In this document: positions 9,164-21,427 of the stretch, in pieces
Position numbering within the stretch: position 1 is the first letter of the stretch
Layout: every line of letters begins with the position of its first letter
Origin: an uncultured Victivallales bacterium
Lineage (GTDB): Bacteria; Verrucomicrobiota; Lentisphaeria; Victivallales; UBA1829
NCBI GenBank assembly: GCA_944390795.1
Contig: CALXRI010000001.1
Location: forward strand, 221,979-285,978
Reading direction: 5' to 3'
DNA: 64,000 bases
Notes under the pieces: generated by a model
What the model was told of the DNA's origin: nothing
Seen by the model: only the letters and a program-made list of their open reading frames with translations
Database searches by the model: none
Program-made: the position numbers and the translations under genes

Positions 9164-10828
9164 ATGGCGATTCATGAGGAAAAAGTGATTTCTCCATGGC
9201 TGAGCGTCCTGATTCTGGCGGCGGCGTTCATTATTGCGTATCCGTTCTGGGATCTCGGGCTGCGGGAACTTTTCCGGGAAGAGGGCGACTATGCCGCGAT
9301 CGCCAATGAGATTGTCGCCTTTCCGCCCTCCACGCTGGCTCACGGAGAGCTGATGCCTTATACGTACCCGCTGTATCCGCTTCTGGCGAAGGGGCTTGCC
9401 TCTCTCGGATTCTCCATGGAGTTTTCGCTCCGTTTTCTCTCGGTATTTTCGCTGGCGATTCTGACGGTGGTCGTCGGAATCGCGTGTTACAGCATGCGCG
9501 GCATTCAGGCCGCCTCGGCGGGAGCCGCCGCCATGTTTGGCACGGTGCTGGTTGCGGAAAAGGCGGTCGAGGGGTATCCGCATATGCTGACGGTGCTGCT
9601 GATCTTTTCCGGCTGGCTCCTCTGGTTTTATGCCGGACAGGTTCGCGGCGGATGGAACTCCGCGTGGATCTGCGCAGGGATTTCTGGAGGACTTGCCTTT
9701 TACTGCGGGGGATGGACTGCCCTGATTTACTTTTTTGTGCCGATGGCGTTTCTGCGTCGGCCTTTCACCGTCTGGACCAAGCTCAACAAGCCGGGCTTTT
9801 ACATGGGGTGCGCCGTGATCGTGCTCTTCATTCTTCTCTGGCTGATTCCGCGATGGAACAGCGATCTGCAGGTCATCTCGCCCGGAGGAGACGGTTTCCT
9901 GGAATATCTCGGACACGTTTTCTACACCTTTTTTGATACTGCGCTGCGCTTGCTTCCCTGGACGTTTTTTCTGTATGCGCCCTTCTGCGTCGCCCTGATG
10001 GCGATTGACGAGACGCCGCTGTTTTCCAAATATCTCCGGATGCTCTCATACGTTCTTCTTCTCCTGCTCTGCCTGAATCCGTTCAGCAAGGGACGCGACA
10101 TCCTGTTTCTCGCCCCTCTGGCGGCGACGCTGATCGGACTCAACTACTGGATTGTCGTCCGCCGGCACGGCCGGAATCTCTGCCGGATTCTGAGTTTTTT
10201 CTGCCTGGTGCTTTTCCTGACGGGAATCGGCGCGGTTCTGTTTCAGATTGCGCCGCATGAGCTCATTGTCCGTGCGGGGGGTGCCTCCCGGGATTTTTCC
10301 TACAAATCCTCCGGATTCCGTTTCACGTCGGAATTCTGTCAGGCGTGCATGATTCCTCTTCTGGCGCTCTGCGGCTATGTTCTGGCTCTCCGGAGGAAGC
10401 AGCTGTGGGTCATTCTGGTATTGTTCTTCTGTGGCATGATGCTCTTCTTCTGGTCCGTCATCAATCCCTATCGCGCATCCGAGCACAACCGCAGGGATCT
10501 CGGGCTGTCCTTCCGGAAGGCGATTGCCGAATCGTATTCTCCGTCCATGACGGTTTACAAGGATGCCGCAATTGAAGGACTCTATGCGGAGTGTCATTAT
10601 CTCGGGACGAAGATCAGGAGCCTGAGCGCCGGCGATACCGGGAGCGTCAGTGATCCGGAACTCTTTTTCATCACCACCAGCAGCGTCCAGCCGGCGGACA
10701 CTGCCCGGAACTGGACCCGGGTCCTCGATGTCGTTTACAAGAAGCAGAACATCTATCTATGGAAGGGCAAACTCAATGACAGAAAAGACGAACTTGAAAA
10801 CAGCGACTACCGGAATATCGGGTTCTGA
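9164..10828 (+). CDS. Polytopic membrane glycosyltransferase, GT39/GT83 (ArnT/PMT)-like
   Basis: 554 aa with more than 10 hydrophobic segments. The first loop carries REEGDYAAIANEI, resembling the D/E-containing motif of ArnT-type enzymes. Confidence 0.6.
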   Translation: MAIHEEKVISPWLSVLILAAAFIIAYPFWDLGLRELFREEGDYAAIANEIVAFPPSTLAHGELMPYTYPLYPLLAKGLASLGFSMEFSLRFLSVFSLAILTVVVGIACYSMRGIQAASAGAAAMFGTVLVAEKAVEGYPHMLTVLLIFSGWLLWFYAGQVRGGWNSAWICAGISGGLAFYCGGWTALIYFFVPMAFLRRPFTVWTKLNKPGFYMGCAVIVLFILLWLIPRWNSDLQVISPGGDGFLEYLGHVFYTFFDTALRLLPWTFFLYAPFCVALMAIDETPLFSKYLRMLSYVLLLLLCLNPFSKGRDILFLAPLAATLIGLNYWIVVRRHGRNLCRILSFFCLVLFLTGIGAVLFQIAPHELIVRAGGASRDFSYKSSGFRFTSEFCQACMIPLLALCGYVLALRRKQLWVILVLFFCGMMLFFWSVINPYRASEHNRRDLGLSFRKAIAESYSPSMTVYKDAAIEGLYAECHYLGTKIRSLSAGDTGSVSDPELFFITTSSVQPADTARNWTRVLDVVYKKQNIYLWKGKLNDRKDELENSDYRNIGF

Positions 10829-11879
10829 TGATGCGATCCGTCCGTTTCTCGCGGCTGTCACGCCGGAGCAGGCCGCGGACTTCATTGCGGGAATCGGAGA
10901 GAGCGCCTACCGTGCGAAACAGCTTTATGACTGGGTCGCCCGGAAATGGGTGACCGATCCGGAGCGGATGAGCAATCTGCCCGCTCCGCTCCGGGAGAAG
11001 ATCCGCGCGCATTTTCTCTGTGCCGCACTTGCAGTGGAACGGGATGATGTTTCTGCGGACGGTTCGCGGAAGCTTCTGCTTTCGCTGTTCGACGGCGAAA
11101 CCGTGGAGTGCGCCCTGATTCCCGCCGAGGACGGACGCATGACATTCTGCCTCAGCACGCAGGTCGGATGCCCGGTCGGGTGCGCATTCTGCGCAAGCGG
11201 TTCCGCCGGGTTCGTGCGCAATCTGCATGCCGGGGAAATCATCGAAGAATATCTGCTCTGCTGCCGCCTGATCGGACGCGCGCCCGACAATGTCGTCATC
11301 ATGGGGGTCGGGGAGCCGCTGCTCAACTACAATAATCTGGTTGCGGCGCTGGAAGCGATCTGCACGCCCGGCGGCATCGGACTTGCCGCCCGCCGCGTCA
11401 CGATTTCGACCAGCGGCTGGACGCCGGGCATCCGCAATCTGGCGGAGCATGGACGGCAGTGGAATCTTGCCGTCTCGCTCCATGCGCCGGACGACAAGGT
11501 GCGCGCCCTGCTGATTCCCGGGAAATACCGGAGGGACATCAAAGACATCATCGCGGCATGCAAACTGCACCGCCAGGCGACGGGACGGCTTCTCACCTTC
11601 GAATACGTGATGCTCGCCGGGATCAACGATTTTCCCGAACAGGCTGTGCGTCTGGCGAAACTTGCCGCGGAAGCCGATGCGAAAGTCAATCTGATTCCCT
11701 ACAACAAGGCGAACGGAGCGTTCGAACGGCCTTCGAAAGAAGCGGTCAAAAAATTTGAAAACAACTTGAAAGCGGCGCGAATTCCTGTAACAGTACGGGT
11801 GGAAAAGGGATTTGATTCCAGCGCCGCATGCGGACAGCTCCGCTCGTCGGCGGAAACAAGAAAAAGGAGAACGCCATGA
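10776..11879 (+). CDS. rlmN: 23S rRNA/tRNA adenine-C2 methyltransferase, radical SAM
   Basis: YRAKQLYDWV, CLSTQVGCPVGCAFCASG (CxxxCxxC), GVGEPLLNY. Start set at ATG 10776 (MTEKT); the track start at 10650 lies inside the upstream gene. Confidence 0.9.
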   Translation: MTEKTNLKTATTGISGSDDAIRPFLAAVTPEQAADFIAGIGESAYRAKQLYDWVARKWVTDPERMSNLPAPLREKIRAHFLCAALAVERDDVSADGSRKLLLSLFDGETVECALIPAEDGRMTFCLSTQVGCPVGCAFCASGSAGFVRNLHAGEIIEEYLLCCRLIGRAPDNVVIMGVGEPLLNYNNLVAALEAICTPGGIGLAARRVTISTSGWTPGIRNLAEHGRQWNLAVSLHAPDDKVRALLIPGKYRRDIKDIIAACKLHRQATGRLLTFEYVMLAGINDFPEQAVRLAKLAAEADAKVNLIPYNKANGAFERPSKEAVKKFENNLKAARIPVTVRVEKGFDSSAACGQLRSSAETRKRRTP

Positions 11880-12939
11880 AGAAACGTCTCTCAGCAGCCG
11901 TTCTGTTTTGTTCCGTCCTTGCCGTTCTGCTTGAAGGCTGCGCGTCGCAGGAGACCTTCACCGCCGTCGATGAACAGCTGATCCGCGCACTCCGTCATGC
12001 CGGACGGGCGGAATATGATGCTGCGCTTGCGAACGGAGCGAATGTCAACGCGCGCAATGAGGCAGGCATGACGCCGCTTCTGATGGCGGCAATTGCGGAC
12101 AAACCGTTTTGCATTCGCGACCTGGTCAGGCGGGGCGCCGATGTCAACACATCCGATCTCAAGGGAAACACCCCGCTCCATATTGCCGCCGGGAAACCGT
12201 ATCCCGATACCCTTGCCGCTCTGCTGGAATATCCGGTGGAGATTGACGCGCACGGTTCTTTCGGACGTACGCCGCTCATGGATGCCGCAAGACTCGGCAA
12301 CCTCAGGGCGATGGAGCTTCTGATCGGGAAAGGAGCGGATGTCAACGCCAGGGATGAAAAAGACCGTACCCCTCTTATGCATGCCGCTTGCGCTTCAAGG
12401 AATTCTCTTGCGGCGGTCAGGCTTCTTCTGGAAAAGGGCGCCGATCCGGAAGCGACGGATGCCGATTCCATGTCCGCCGTCATGCATGCCGCCGCGCTGA
12501 AGCACACCGACGCCGCGCTTTTTCTGCTGGATCTTTATCCGAATTTCGTCAACAAGCCGTCGCTGGGGCTTGCCATTTTATATTATGCCGTCAAAGGCGG
12601 CGACCTGAAAACAGCGTCCGCGCTTGTCGACAAGCAGGTTCCTTTGAACTGGGATCCCTCTCTTGCCCTGCGGGCGACAAGGCGCATTCAGGTGCACGGC
12701 GCCTACCGGATTCTGGTCCGGAACGGCGTCTTTTCCTATCGGCGCACGCCGCTTCACATTGCGGCGCTTGAAAACAACCTGGAAATGGTCAGACTTCTGA
12801 TCGGACGTGGAGCGAATCCGCTTCAGGACGATGAAAACGGGAAGTCCGCCTGTGATCTCGCCACGGATCAGAATGTGATCCGTTATCTCAGGAGCGCGGA
12901 AAAGGAGTATCAGAAAAAACTATGGAAGGAGAAAAACAA

Positions 12940-12943
<4 letters not shown>
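11876..12943 (+). CDS. Ankyrin-repeat lipoprotein
   Basis: MKKRLSAAVLFCSVLAVLLEGC lipobox, then repeated G.TPLM.AA..G....LL..GADVNA units. The ATG overlaps the rlmN stop (ATGA at 11876-11879). Confidence 0.85.
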
Positions 12944-15381
<2,438 letters not shown>

Positions 15382-15507
15382 GAAAGTGCATTTTTCTGCA
15401 ATTCCGCCGCTGAATTGATGCAGTTTCCGGAATCCGCGGGGAAGTGCGGCGCCAGGAATTCCTTCCGGTAGGCGGAATGTCCCGGCTCTTTTCTTCCGTT
15501 CCGTATC

Positions 15508-15535
15508 TTGAAAAAGCGTCTTCCGGTTATATAAT
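15508..15535 (+). promoter_or_regulatory. Sigma70-type promoter
   Basis: TTGAAA - 16 nt - TATAAT, 66 nt before ATG 15602. Confidence 0.5.
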
Positions 15536-15601
15536 ACGGTTTTGAAAAGTGCGGTTCCGGGTGTTTCCGGTTTGGAAATGCCGTAAGAGCATGAGATTGA
15601 A

Positions 15602-16528
15602 ATGCCGGTTTTGAAAGACAATGTCATGGCAGAGAATCACGAGTCTGAGAAAAAACCTCCTTTGATTACCGTCGGAGTTTCCGCCTTCAACCGGAAAGTC
15701 TATCTGGAGGAATCGCTGCGTTCCCTCGAGTGTCAGACCTTCCGGGATTTCGAGATCATTGTCGTGGATGACGGCTCCACGGACGGAACCGGGGAGATGA
15801 TGCGGGAAAAATTTCCCGGGATCCGTTACTTGTATCAGGAAAACCGGGGAGATGCCGCGGCGAAGAATAAAGTTGCGGAAAATGCGCGCGGCAGATATCT
15901 GGTGTTCAATGATTCCGACGACCTCTTCCTGCCGGATGCGCTGGAGAGATTGTACGCGCCTCTGTCCGGCGATCCCTCCTCCTGCAGTTACGGACAGTAT
16001 ATCACCATAAATGCCGAAGGGGAAAAAATGCCGACCAGATCCAAGATGAGGAAATTTCCCAGCGGCAATATTCTTCCTGAACTGCTCATGCATATCATTG
16101 TGCATAATTGCGGCACCATGATGCCGCTTGCCCTGTTCCGCCGGATCGGCGGTTACGATACGTCTCTGCGGTGCGGTTATGATTACCGCCTGGCCCTGGA
16201 ACTTGCCGTCCGGGCGAATCTGCATGCGGTGGAGGACCCGGTGTTTCTCCGGAGGCGGCATGGCTCGAATCTTTCCAGCGTGAATTATGAAAAGACCGGT
16301 CTGATTCTCAAGGTGCTGACCGATTTTGCCGGAAGACATCCGGAGATCCGCGCCGCCTGCGGTCCGGTCATCCGGAAGCGCATTGCCGCGCTTCACGGAA
16401 AACTGGCGCGGGAGGCGGAAAAGGAGTCCCTTCCGCCGGAGGTGATCCGGCGGCATCTGGAAACTTCCCTGAAAACCGCTTTTTCCCTGAAGGTGTTCTT
16501 CCGGTATCTGGCTTTTCTCTGCGGATAG
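15602..16528 (+). CDS. Family 2 glycosyltransferase
   Basis: ITVGVSAFNRKVYLEESLRSLECQTFRDFEIIVVDDGSTDGT and the DSDD motif. Confidence 0.85.
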   Translation: MPVLKDNVMAENHESEKKPPLITVGVSAFNRKVYLEESLRSLECQTFRDFEIIVVDDGSTDGTGEMMREKFPGIRYLYQENRGDAAAKNKVAENARGRYLVFNDSDDLFLPDALERLYAPLSGDPSSCSYGQYITINAEGEKMPTRSKMRKFPSGNILPELLMHIIVHNCGTMMPLALFRRIGGYDTSLRCGYDYRLALELAVRANLHAVEDPVFLRRRHGSNLSSVNYEKTGLILKVLTDFAGRHPEIRAACGPVIRKRIAALHGKLAREAEKESLPPEVIRRHLETSLKTAFSLKVFFRYLAFLCG

Positions 16529-16625
16529 AAAGGAGTTCTTTTTCTTTCATTTCAAATATTTGCGTTTCGCCGTTTCCATCATGGATGTGCCGGTTCTTTT
16601 CCTGCAATATTTTTCCGTTCCTCTC

Positions 16626-16654
16626 TTGAAATTTGCCCTTTTCCACTCTATAGT
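16626..16654 (+). promoter_or_regulatory. Sigma70-type promoter of hppA
   Basis: TTGAAA - 17 nt - TATAGT, about 95 nt before the GTG at 16749. Confidence 0.55.
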
Positions 16655-16748
16655 ATAAACTCCGGTATTTTAGATTATATTTTATAGTAAACCGTTTTAG
16701 TGAGCATGAATGCCCACTGAAACAAATTGAAAGGTTGGTGGGCGAAAA

Positions 16749-19187
16749 GTGAATACGTCCTCTCTCTTCACATGGATTTCCGGAGCGGCGGTGATGTCTC
16801 TGGCATCTACGGCTGCTGCGGACGACTTGCTCGGCAACGTGAAGACTTCCCTTGCGGAGTCCGTTGTCCCGAGCGGAATCACCCCCGTCTGGTGGATCGC
16901 ACCGATCTGCGCGGTTATTGCGCTTGTCGCGGCTCTGATCTGCTACAGGCTCATGATCAATGCGCCGAAAGGAAACGCCACGATGGAGGAGATTGCCGGC
17001 TACGTCCGCGAGGGCGCAATGGCTTACCTCAAACAGCAGTATTCCCGCGTCGGAATCGTCTTTGTGGTGCTTTTCGTCATCTTCACAATCCTGGCTGTCA
17101 TCGGCGTGCAGAATCCCTTTGTTCCGGTGGCGTTCCTCACCGGCGGATTATTCTCCGGTCTCTGCGGCTTTCTCGGCATGAAGACTGCGACGGCGGCTTC
17201 CAGCCGGACGGCGCAGGGCGCGAGTGAAAGCCTGAACCGCGGCCTTCAGGTCGCATTCCGCTCCGGCGCGGTCATGGGACTGGTCGTCGTGGGCTTCGGG
17301 CTCTTTGACATCACGGCATGGTACCTGATTCTCGACAAACTGGTTTATACGCCTGAGCACATGGCGAACGGGCTTTCGATTCTCGGCATCACGTTCGTGA
17401 AGGCCGGCGCGATCGCTCCCGACCATAAACTCATGGAAATAACCACCACCATGCTGACCTTCGGCATGGGCGCCTCCACCCAGGCGCTGTTCGCCCGTGT
17501 CGGCGGCGGCATCTACACGAAAGCTGCTGACGTTGGAGCCGACCTCGTCGGCAAGGTGGAAGCCGGAATTCCGGAAGACGATCCGCGCAATCCCGCGACT
17601 ATCGCGGACAACGTCGGTGACAACGTCGGCGATGTCGCCGGCATGGGCGCCGACCTGTATGAGTCCTACTGCGGATCCATTCTCGCGACCGCCGCGCTCG
17701 GCGCCGCGCTTCCGACGATTGCCGGAAAACTTTCGATGTCCGACGTTGTCATGCGCGTCAACGCTCCGATGATCGTCGCCGGCATCGGCATCATCCTTTC
17801 CATCATCGGCATTTTCGCCGTCCGCTGCAAGGAAGGCGCGAGCATGATGACTCTGCTCAAGGCGCTCCGCATCGGAACGTGGGGAAGCTCCGGACTGATT
17901 GTGGTCGCCTGCGCGATTCTCGCGGCATGCAATGTGATCTCCTGGGGAATTTTCGGCGCGATCGTCGCCGGACTGATCGCCGGTGTCATCATCGGCTATT
18001 CCACGGAGTACTATACGTCCGATGAATACAAGCCCACCAAGGAGCTTGCCTCCCAGGCCCAGATGGGTCCGGCCACCACGATCATCGACGGTCTTGCGGT
18101 CGGCATGCTCTCCGCCGGGATTCCGGTGCTTGCCACGGTGCTTGCGATCATCTGCGCCTACGGCTTTGCCGGCGGCTTCCATACCATCGCCGACGGGGGC
18201 GGAACGATTCACGGACTCTACGGCATCGGCTTTGCCGCGGTCGGCATGCTTGCCACGCTCGGCATTACGCTGGCGACCGATGCTTACGGACCGATTGCCG
18301 ACAATGCCGGCGGCAATGCCGAAATGTCCCATCTTCCTCCGCATGTCCGCGAGAGAACCGATGCGCTTGACATGCTCGGAAACACGACCGCCGCGACCGG
18401 CAAGGGCTTCGCGATCGGTTCCGCCGCGCTGACGGCCATGGCGCTGCTTGCCGCCGAAATCCAGGAAGTGGAAATCTGGTCCCGCAAGCTGGATCTCCTT
18501 TCCGCCGCAGACAGGCTGAAACTTGACAATCCGCTGATCGACAACATCAAGGTCTTCATGAACATCTACCACATCGACATCATGAATCCGCTGCTTCTCT
18601 GCGGCATGTTCATCGGCGCGATGATGGCGTTCATCTTCTGCGCGCTGACCATGAAGGCGGTCGGCCGCGCCGCGGGCAGCATGGTGGAGGAGGTCCGCCG
18701 CCAGTTCCGCGACAAGCCCGGCATCATGTCGGGAACCGACAAGCCGGATTATGCGCGCTGCGTTGAGATTTCCACGAAGGGCGCGCAGCGCGAAATGATG
18801 ATTCCGTCCCTGCTCGCGATCATCGTTCCGCTGGTGACCGGACTCATTCTCGGCGTCGCCGGAATCATGGGACTTCTCGCGGGCGGCCTTGCGGCCGGTT
18901 TCTCGCTTGCCTGCATGCTGAACAATGCCGGCGGCGCATGGGACAATGCAAAGAAGCATATCGAGAAGGGCAACTTCGGCGGCAAGAAACTGGCTGACGG
19001 AAGCAAGAACCCCGTGCACAGTGCGGCCGTCATCGGCGACACGGTCGGCGATCCCTGCAAGGATACGTCCGGACCCTCCCTGAACATTCTCGTGAAACTG
19101 ATGAGCATGGTTGCCGTCGTATTCACGCCGGTGATCGTCAAATATTCTCCGATGATCCAGAAGGCGCTGGGAATCTTCATGGAATAA
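16749..19187 (+). CDS. hppA: Membrane-integral pyrophosphatase (ion-pumping), K+-dependent subfamily signature
   Basis: [37 protein letters not shown] and [18 protein letters not shown] (Ala rather than Lys after TT marks the K+-dependent type). Start uncertain: GTG 16749 or ATG 16794. Confidence 0.95.
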   Translation: MNTSSLFTWISGAAVMSLASTAAADDLLGNVKTSLAESVVPSGITPVWWIAPICAVIALVAALICYRLMINAPKGNATMEEIAGYVREGAMAYLKQQYSRVGIVFVVLFVIFTILAVIGVQNPFVPVAFLTGGLFSGLCGFLGMKTATAASSRTAQGASESLNRGLQVAFRSGAVMGLVVVGFGLFDITAWYLILDKLVYTPEHMANGLSILGITFVKAGAIAPDHKLMEITTTMLTFGMGASTQALFARVGGGIYTKAADVGADLVGKVEAGIPEDDPRNPATIADNVGDNVGDVAGMGADLYESYCGSILATAALGAALPTIAGKLSMSDVVMRVNAPMIVAGIGIILSIIGIFAVRCKEGASMMTLLKALRIGTWGSSGLIVVACAILAACNVISWGIFGAIVAGLIAGVIIGYSTEYYTSDEYKPTKELASQAQMGPATTIIDGLAVGMLSAGIPVLATVLAIICAYGFAGGFHTIADGGGTIHGLYGIGFAAVGMLATLGITLATDAYGPIADNAGGNAEMSHLPPHVRERTDALDMLGNTTAATGKGFAIGSAALTAMALLAAEIQEVEIWSRKLDLLSAADRLKLDNPLIDNIKVFMNIYHIDIMNPLLLCGMFIGAMMAFIFCALTMKAVGRAAGSMVEEVRRQFRDKPGIMSGTDKPDYARCVEISTKGAQREMMIPSLLAIIVPLVTGLILGVAGIMGLLAGGLAAGFSLACMLNNAGGAWDNAKKHIEKGNFGGKKLADGSKNPVHSAAVIGDTVGDPCKDTSGPSLNILVKLMSMVAVVFTPVIVKYSPMIQKALGIFME

Positions 19188-19210
19188 TGTCCTGAATCCG
19201 GTTCTTTTAC

Positions 19211-19250
19211 AGGCGCGCTTTCCATTTGGAAGGCGCGCCTTTCCTATTGT
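19211..19250 (+). terminator. Rho-independent terminator of hppA
   Basis: AGGCGCGCTTTCC-loop-GGAAGGCGCGCCT stem (about 13 bp, one G-U pair) followed by TTCCTATTGT. Confidence 0.65.
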
Positions 19251-19262
19251 AAAAAATGATAG

Positions 19263-19443
19263 TGCGATGTCTTGCATCGCCGCGGTCCGGCTGCGCAAGC
19301 TGTTCGCCGGAGGCAAGGACTAAAGGCCCTTGACCCCGGGAAAAATGCGAAAGCATTTTTCCGTAGTTTTTAATTCCGGAACCGAAATCGGGCGCAGGCG
19401 TTCCTTTGGAATGTAAACGGAAAAATATCACATTTTTCCGTTT
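19263..19443 (+). repeat. Mosaic intergenic repeat, copy A (hairpin H1 + GCGCAAGC core + GNRA hairpin module + third hairpin)
   Basis: 19280-19314 matches the reverse complement of 47834-47868 at 31/35. 19322-19364 matches the reverse complement of 22569-22612 at about 84 percent. Hairpins are at 19264-19280, 19339-19362 and 19415-19443. Confidence 0.6.
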
Positions 19444-19449
19444 GCGTGA

Positions 19450-19477
19450 TTGCCATCCGGAGTTTTTCAGTTATAAT
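19450..19477 (+). promoter_or_regulatory. Sigma70-type promoter of the antiporter gene
   Basis: TTGCCA - 16 nt - TATAAT, 44 nt before ATG 19522. Confidence 0.55.
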
Positions 19478-19521
19478 ACAATAGCCGTTCGGAACGAAAA
19501 CCAAAAAACAGAGACTGATCC

Positions 19522-20871
19522 ATGAGCAATGACGCATTTCTGATTCTGTTCCTGATCCTGATCGGACTGATGACCATCATTCCCCTGTTTCTCCGGAAAT
19601 TCAAAATTCCGGATGTGATTGCGCTTCTGCTTGTCGGCATGCTGATCGGTCCGAACGGCTTTGATCTTCTGGGCAGGCTCACACCGCTGCTTTCGTTTCT
19701 CGGAACGGAACCGGCGGTGGTGGAGGCGCATTCCCTTACATTGATTAATTCACTTGGTTCCCTCGGACTTCTTTTTCTGATGACGCTGGCGGGAATGGAG
19801 GCTGATTTCAAACTGATCAACAACAGCAGACGACCTGTCATCGCCCTGAGCATTCTGACGTTTCTGATTCCCTCCATTTCGGGTTATCTCGTATATGCGT
19901 ATTTCAAGGCGGACGATTTTCCGGGGAAGCTGCTGTATGCGTCTCTTTTCGCCTCCCATTCCGTCGGCATTGTGTTTCCGATCATCCGGGAGCTGAATCT
20001 GGTCCGGACTCTGTTCGGAGCGGCCATCCTGATCTCCACGATCATCACGGACGTGGCGAGCATTGTGCTGCTTGCGGTCAGCGTTCAGCTGAAGAAGCTG
20101 TCCGTCTCCAGCGACATTGCCATCAACAAGACGCTGTCGCTGTTCGACTACATCGATCCGAAGATTTTCGGCAATTACTTTACGTTGTTCTTCCTTCTGG
20201 TTGTTCTTCTGTATTTTGTTGTTGTGCTGCTGATTGTTCCCCGGGTGGGCGGTTACATGGTGAAACTGCTTGACGAGGGGCAGGACGGACTGATTACCTG
20301 CTTTATCTTTGTCGTGCTTCTGACTGTTCTTGCCGGAGAGTTTCTGGGAATCAATCTGGTGGTCGGAGCCTTTCTTGCCGGACTCGGCCTTTCCCGCGTG
20401 GTGAAATCCGCCGGGGAAACCTTCCGGAAGTTTGAAGGTATCGGCTACGGCTTCCTGATTCCGTTTCTGTTTATTTCCATTGGAATGAAGACGGATCTGC
20501 GGATGCTGTTCCATTCCGTCGGCAATCTCCAGATTATCCTGTTTACGGTAGTGGGGCTTGTCGGCAGCAAGGTGCTTTCCGGGTGGCTGGCTCTCCGCCT
20601 GTGCGGTTTTTCCAACGTCAAAGGCCTTTGCGCGGGCGTCATGACGGTTCCTCAGCTGTCCGCGACGCTTGCCGCCGCCGCCATCGGAAAGGAACTCGGA
20701 ATGCTGGACAACAATTTCTTCAATGCGATTATCGTGCTTTCCATAGTCACGACCCTTCCCGTGCCGAACATTGTGCGCTGGATCATTGAGCACTATCAGC
20801 TGAAATTCCCCGCGCCGAAAAATCAGGACGAGGCCTTCCGGATTACAGAAGGTCAGGATGATCTGCTCTGA
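19522..20871 (+). CDS. Monovalent cation:proton antiporter (CPA2/Kef-type Na_H exchanger family)
   Basis: 449 aa with about 12 TM segments. LLLVGMLIGPNG and LFLMTLAGMEAD are typical of the Na+/H+ exchanger family. Confidence 0.8.
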   Translation: MSNDAFLILFLILIGLMTIIPLFLRKFKIPDVIALLLVGMLIGPNGFDLLGRLTPLLSFLGTEPAVVEAHSLTLINSLGSLGLLFLMTLAGMEADFKLINNSRRPVIALSILTFLIPSISGYLVYAYFKADDFPGKLLYASLFASHSVGIVFPIIRELNLVRTLFGAAILISTIITDVASIVLLAVSVQLKKLSVSSDIAINKTLSLFDYIDPKIFGNYFTLFFLLVVLLYFVVVLLIVPRVGGYMVKLLDEGQDGLITCFIFVVLLTVLAGEFLGINLVVGAFLAGLGLSRVVKSAGETFRKFEGIGYGFLIPFLFISIGMKTDLRMLFHSVGNLQIILFTVVGLVGSKVLSGWLALRLCGFSNVKGLCAGVMTVPQLSATLAAAAIGKELGMLDNNFFNAIIVLSIVTTLPVPNIVRWIIEHYQLKFPAPKNQDEAFRITEGQDDLL

Positions 20872-20905
20872 ATTTTACCGGTCCGGATGTCTGTCTGTAA
20901 TTGCG

Positions 20906-21400
20906 TCAGGCTCCGGGATGAAGCGCAGGGACACTCCAGTTTTTGCAGACGTCGATCCATTCCGCGCGTCCGGAGAATTTTTCCAGTTCTCCGGGTGTCA
21001 CTTCGATGGCGCTGTTCGCGCTGCCGCATGCGGGAAAGACCGTGCCGAAGCGTTTGAGCGACACGTCCAGATAGACGGAAACGCCCGGTTTGACGGCGAA
21101 CGGGCAGACGCCGCCCGGCGCGTGTCCGGTCCATGCTTCGGTGTCGGCGCCTCCGATCATCTTCGCCTTGCCGCCGAAACGCGCCTTGTATTTGACGTTG
21201 TCGATCCGCGCGTCTCCGGCGGCCACGATCAGAATGACGCGTTCCCCGAGCTGAAACGCAAGGGTCTTGGCGATCCGGCATTCTTCGCAGTGAAGCGCAT
21301 GCGCCGCAAGTTCGACCGTGGCACTCGATTCTGCAAATTCCATGACACGCCTGTCCGCTCCGAACTGTTTCAGATATTCCTTGACCTTTTCCACTGACAT
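20906..21400 (-). CDS. ybaK: YbaK/EbsC/ProX-type aminoacyl-tRNA deacylase
   Basis: 164 aa with CRIAKTLAF..GGVCPFA motifs. Confidence 0.75.
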   Translation of the reverse strand: MSVEKVKEYLKQFGADRRVMEFAESSATVELAAHALHCEECRIAKTLAFQLGERVILIVAAGDARIDNVKYKARFGGKAKMIGGADTEAWTGHAPGGVCPFAVKPGVSVYLDVSLKRFGTVFPACGSANSAIEVTPGELEKFSGRAEWIDVCKNWSVPALHPGA

Positions 21401-21427
21401 ATTGCAGCCTCTTTTTTCAATGGTTGT

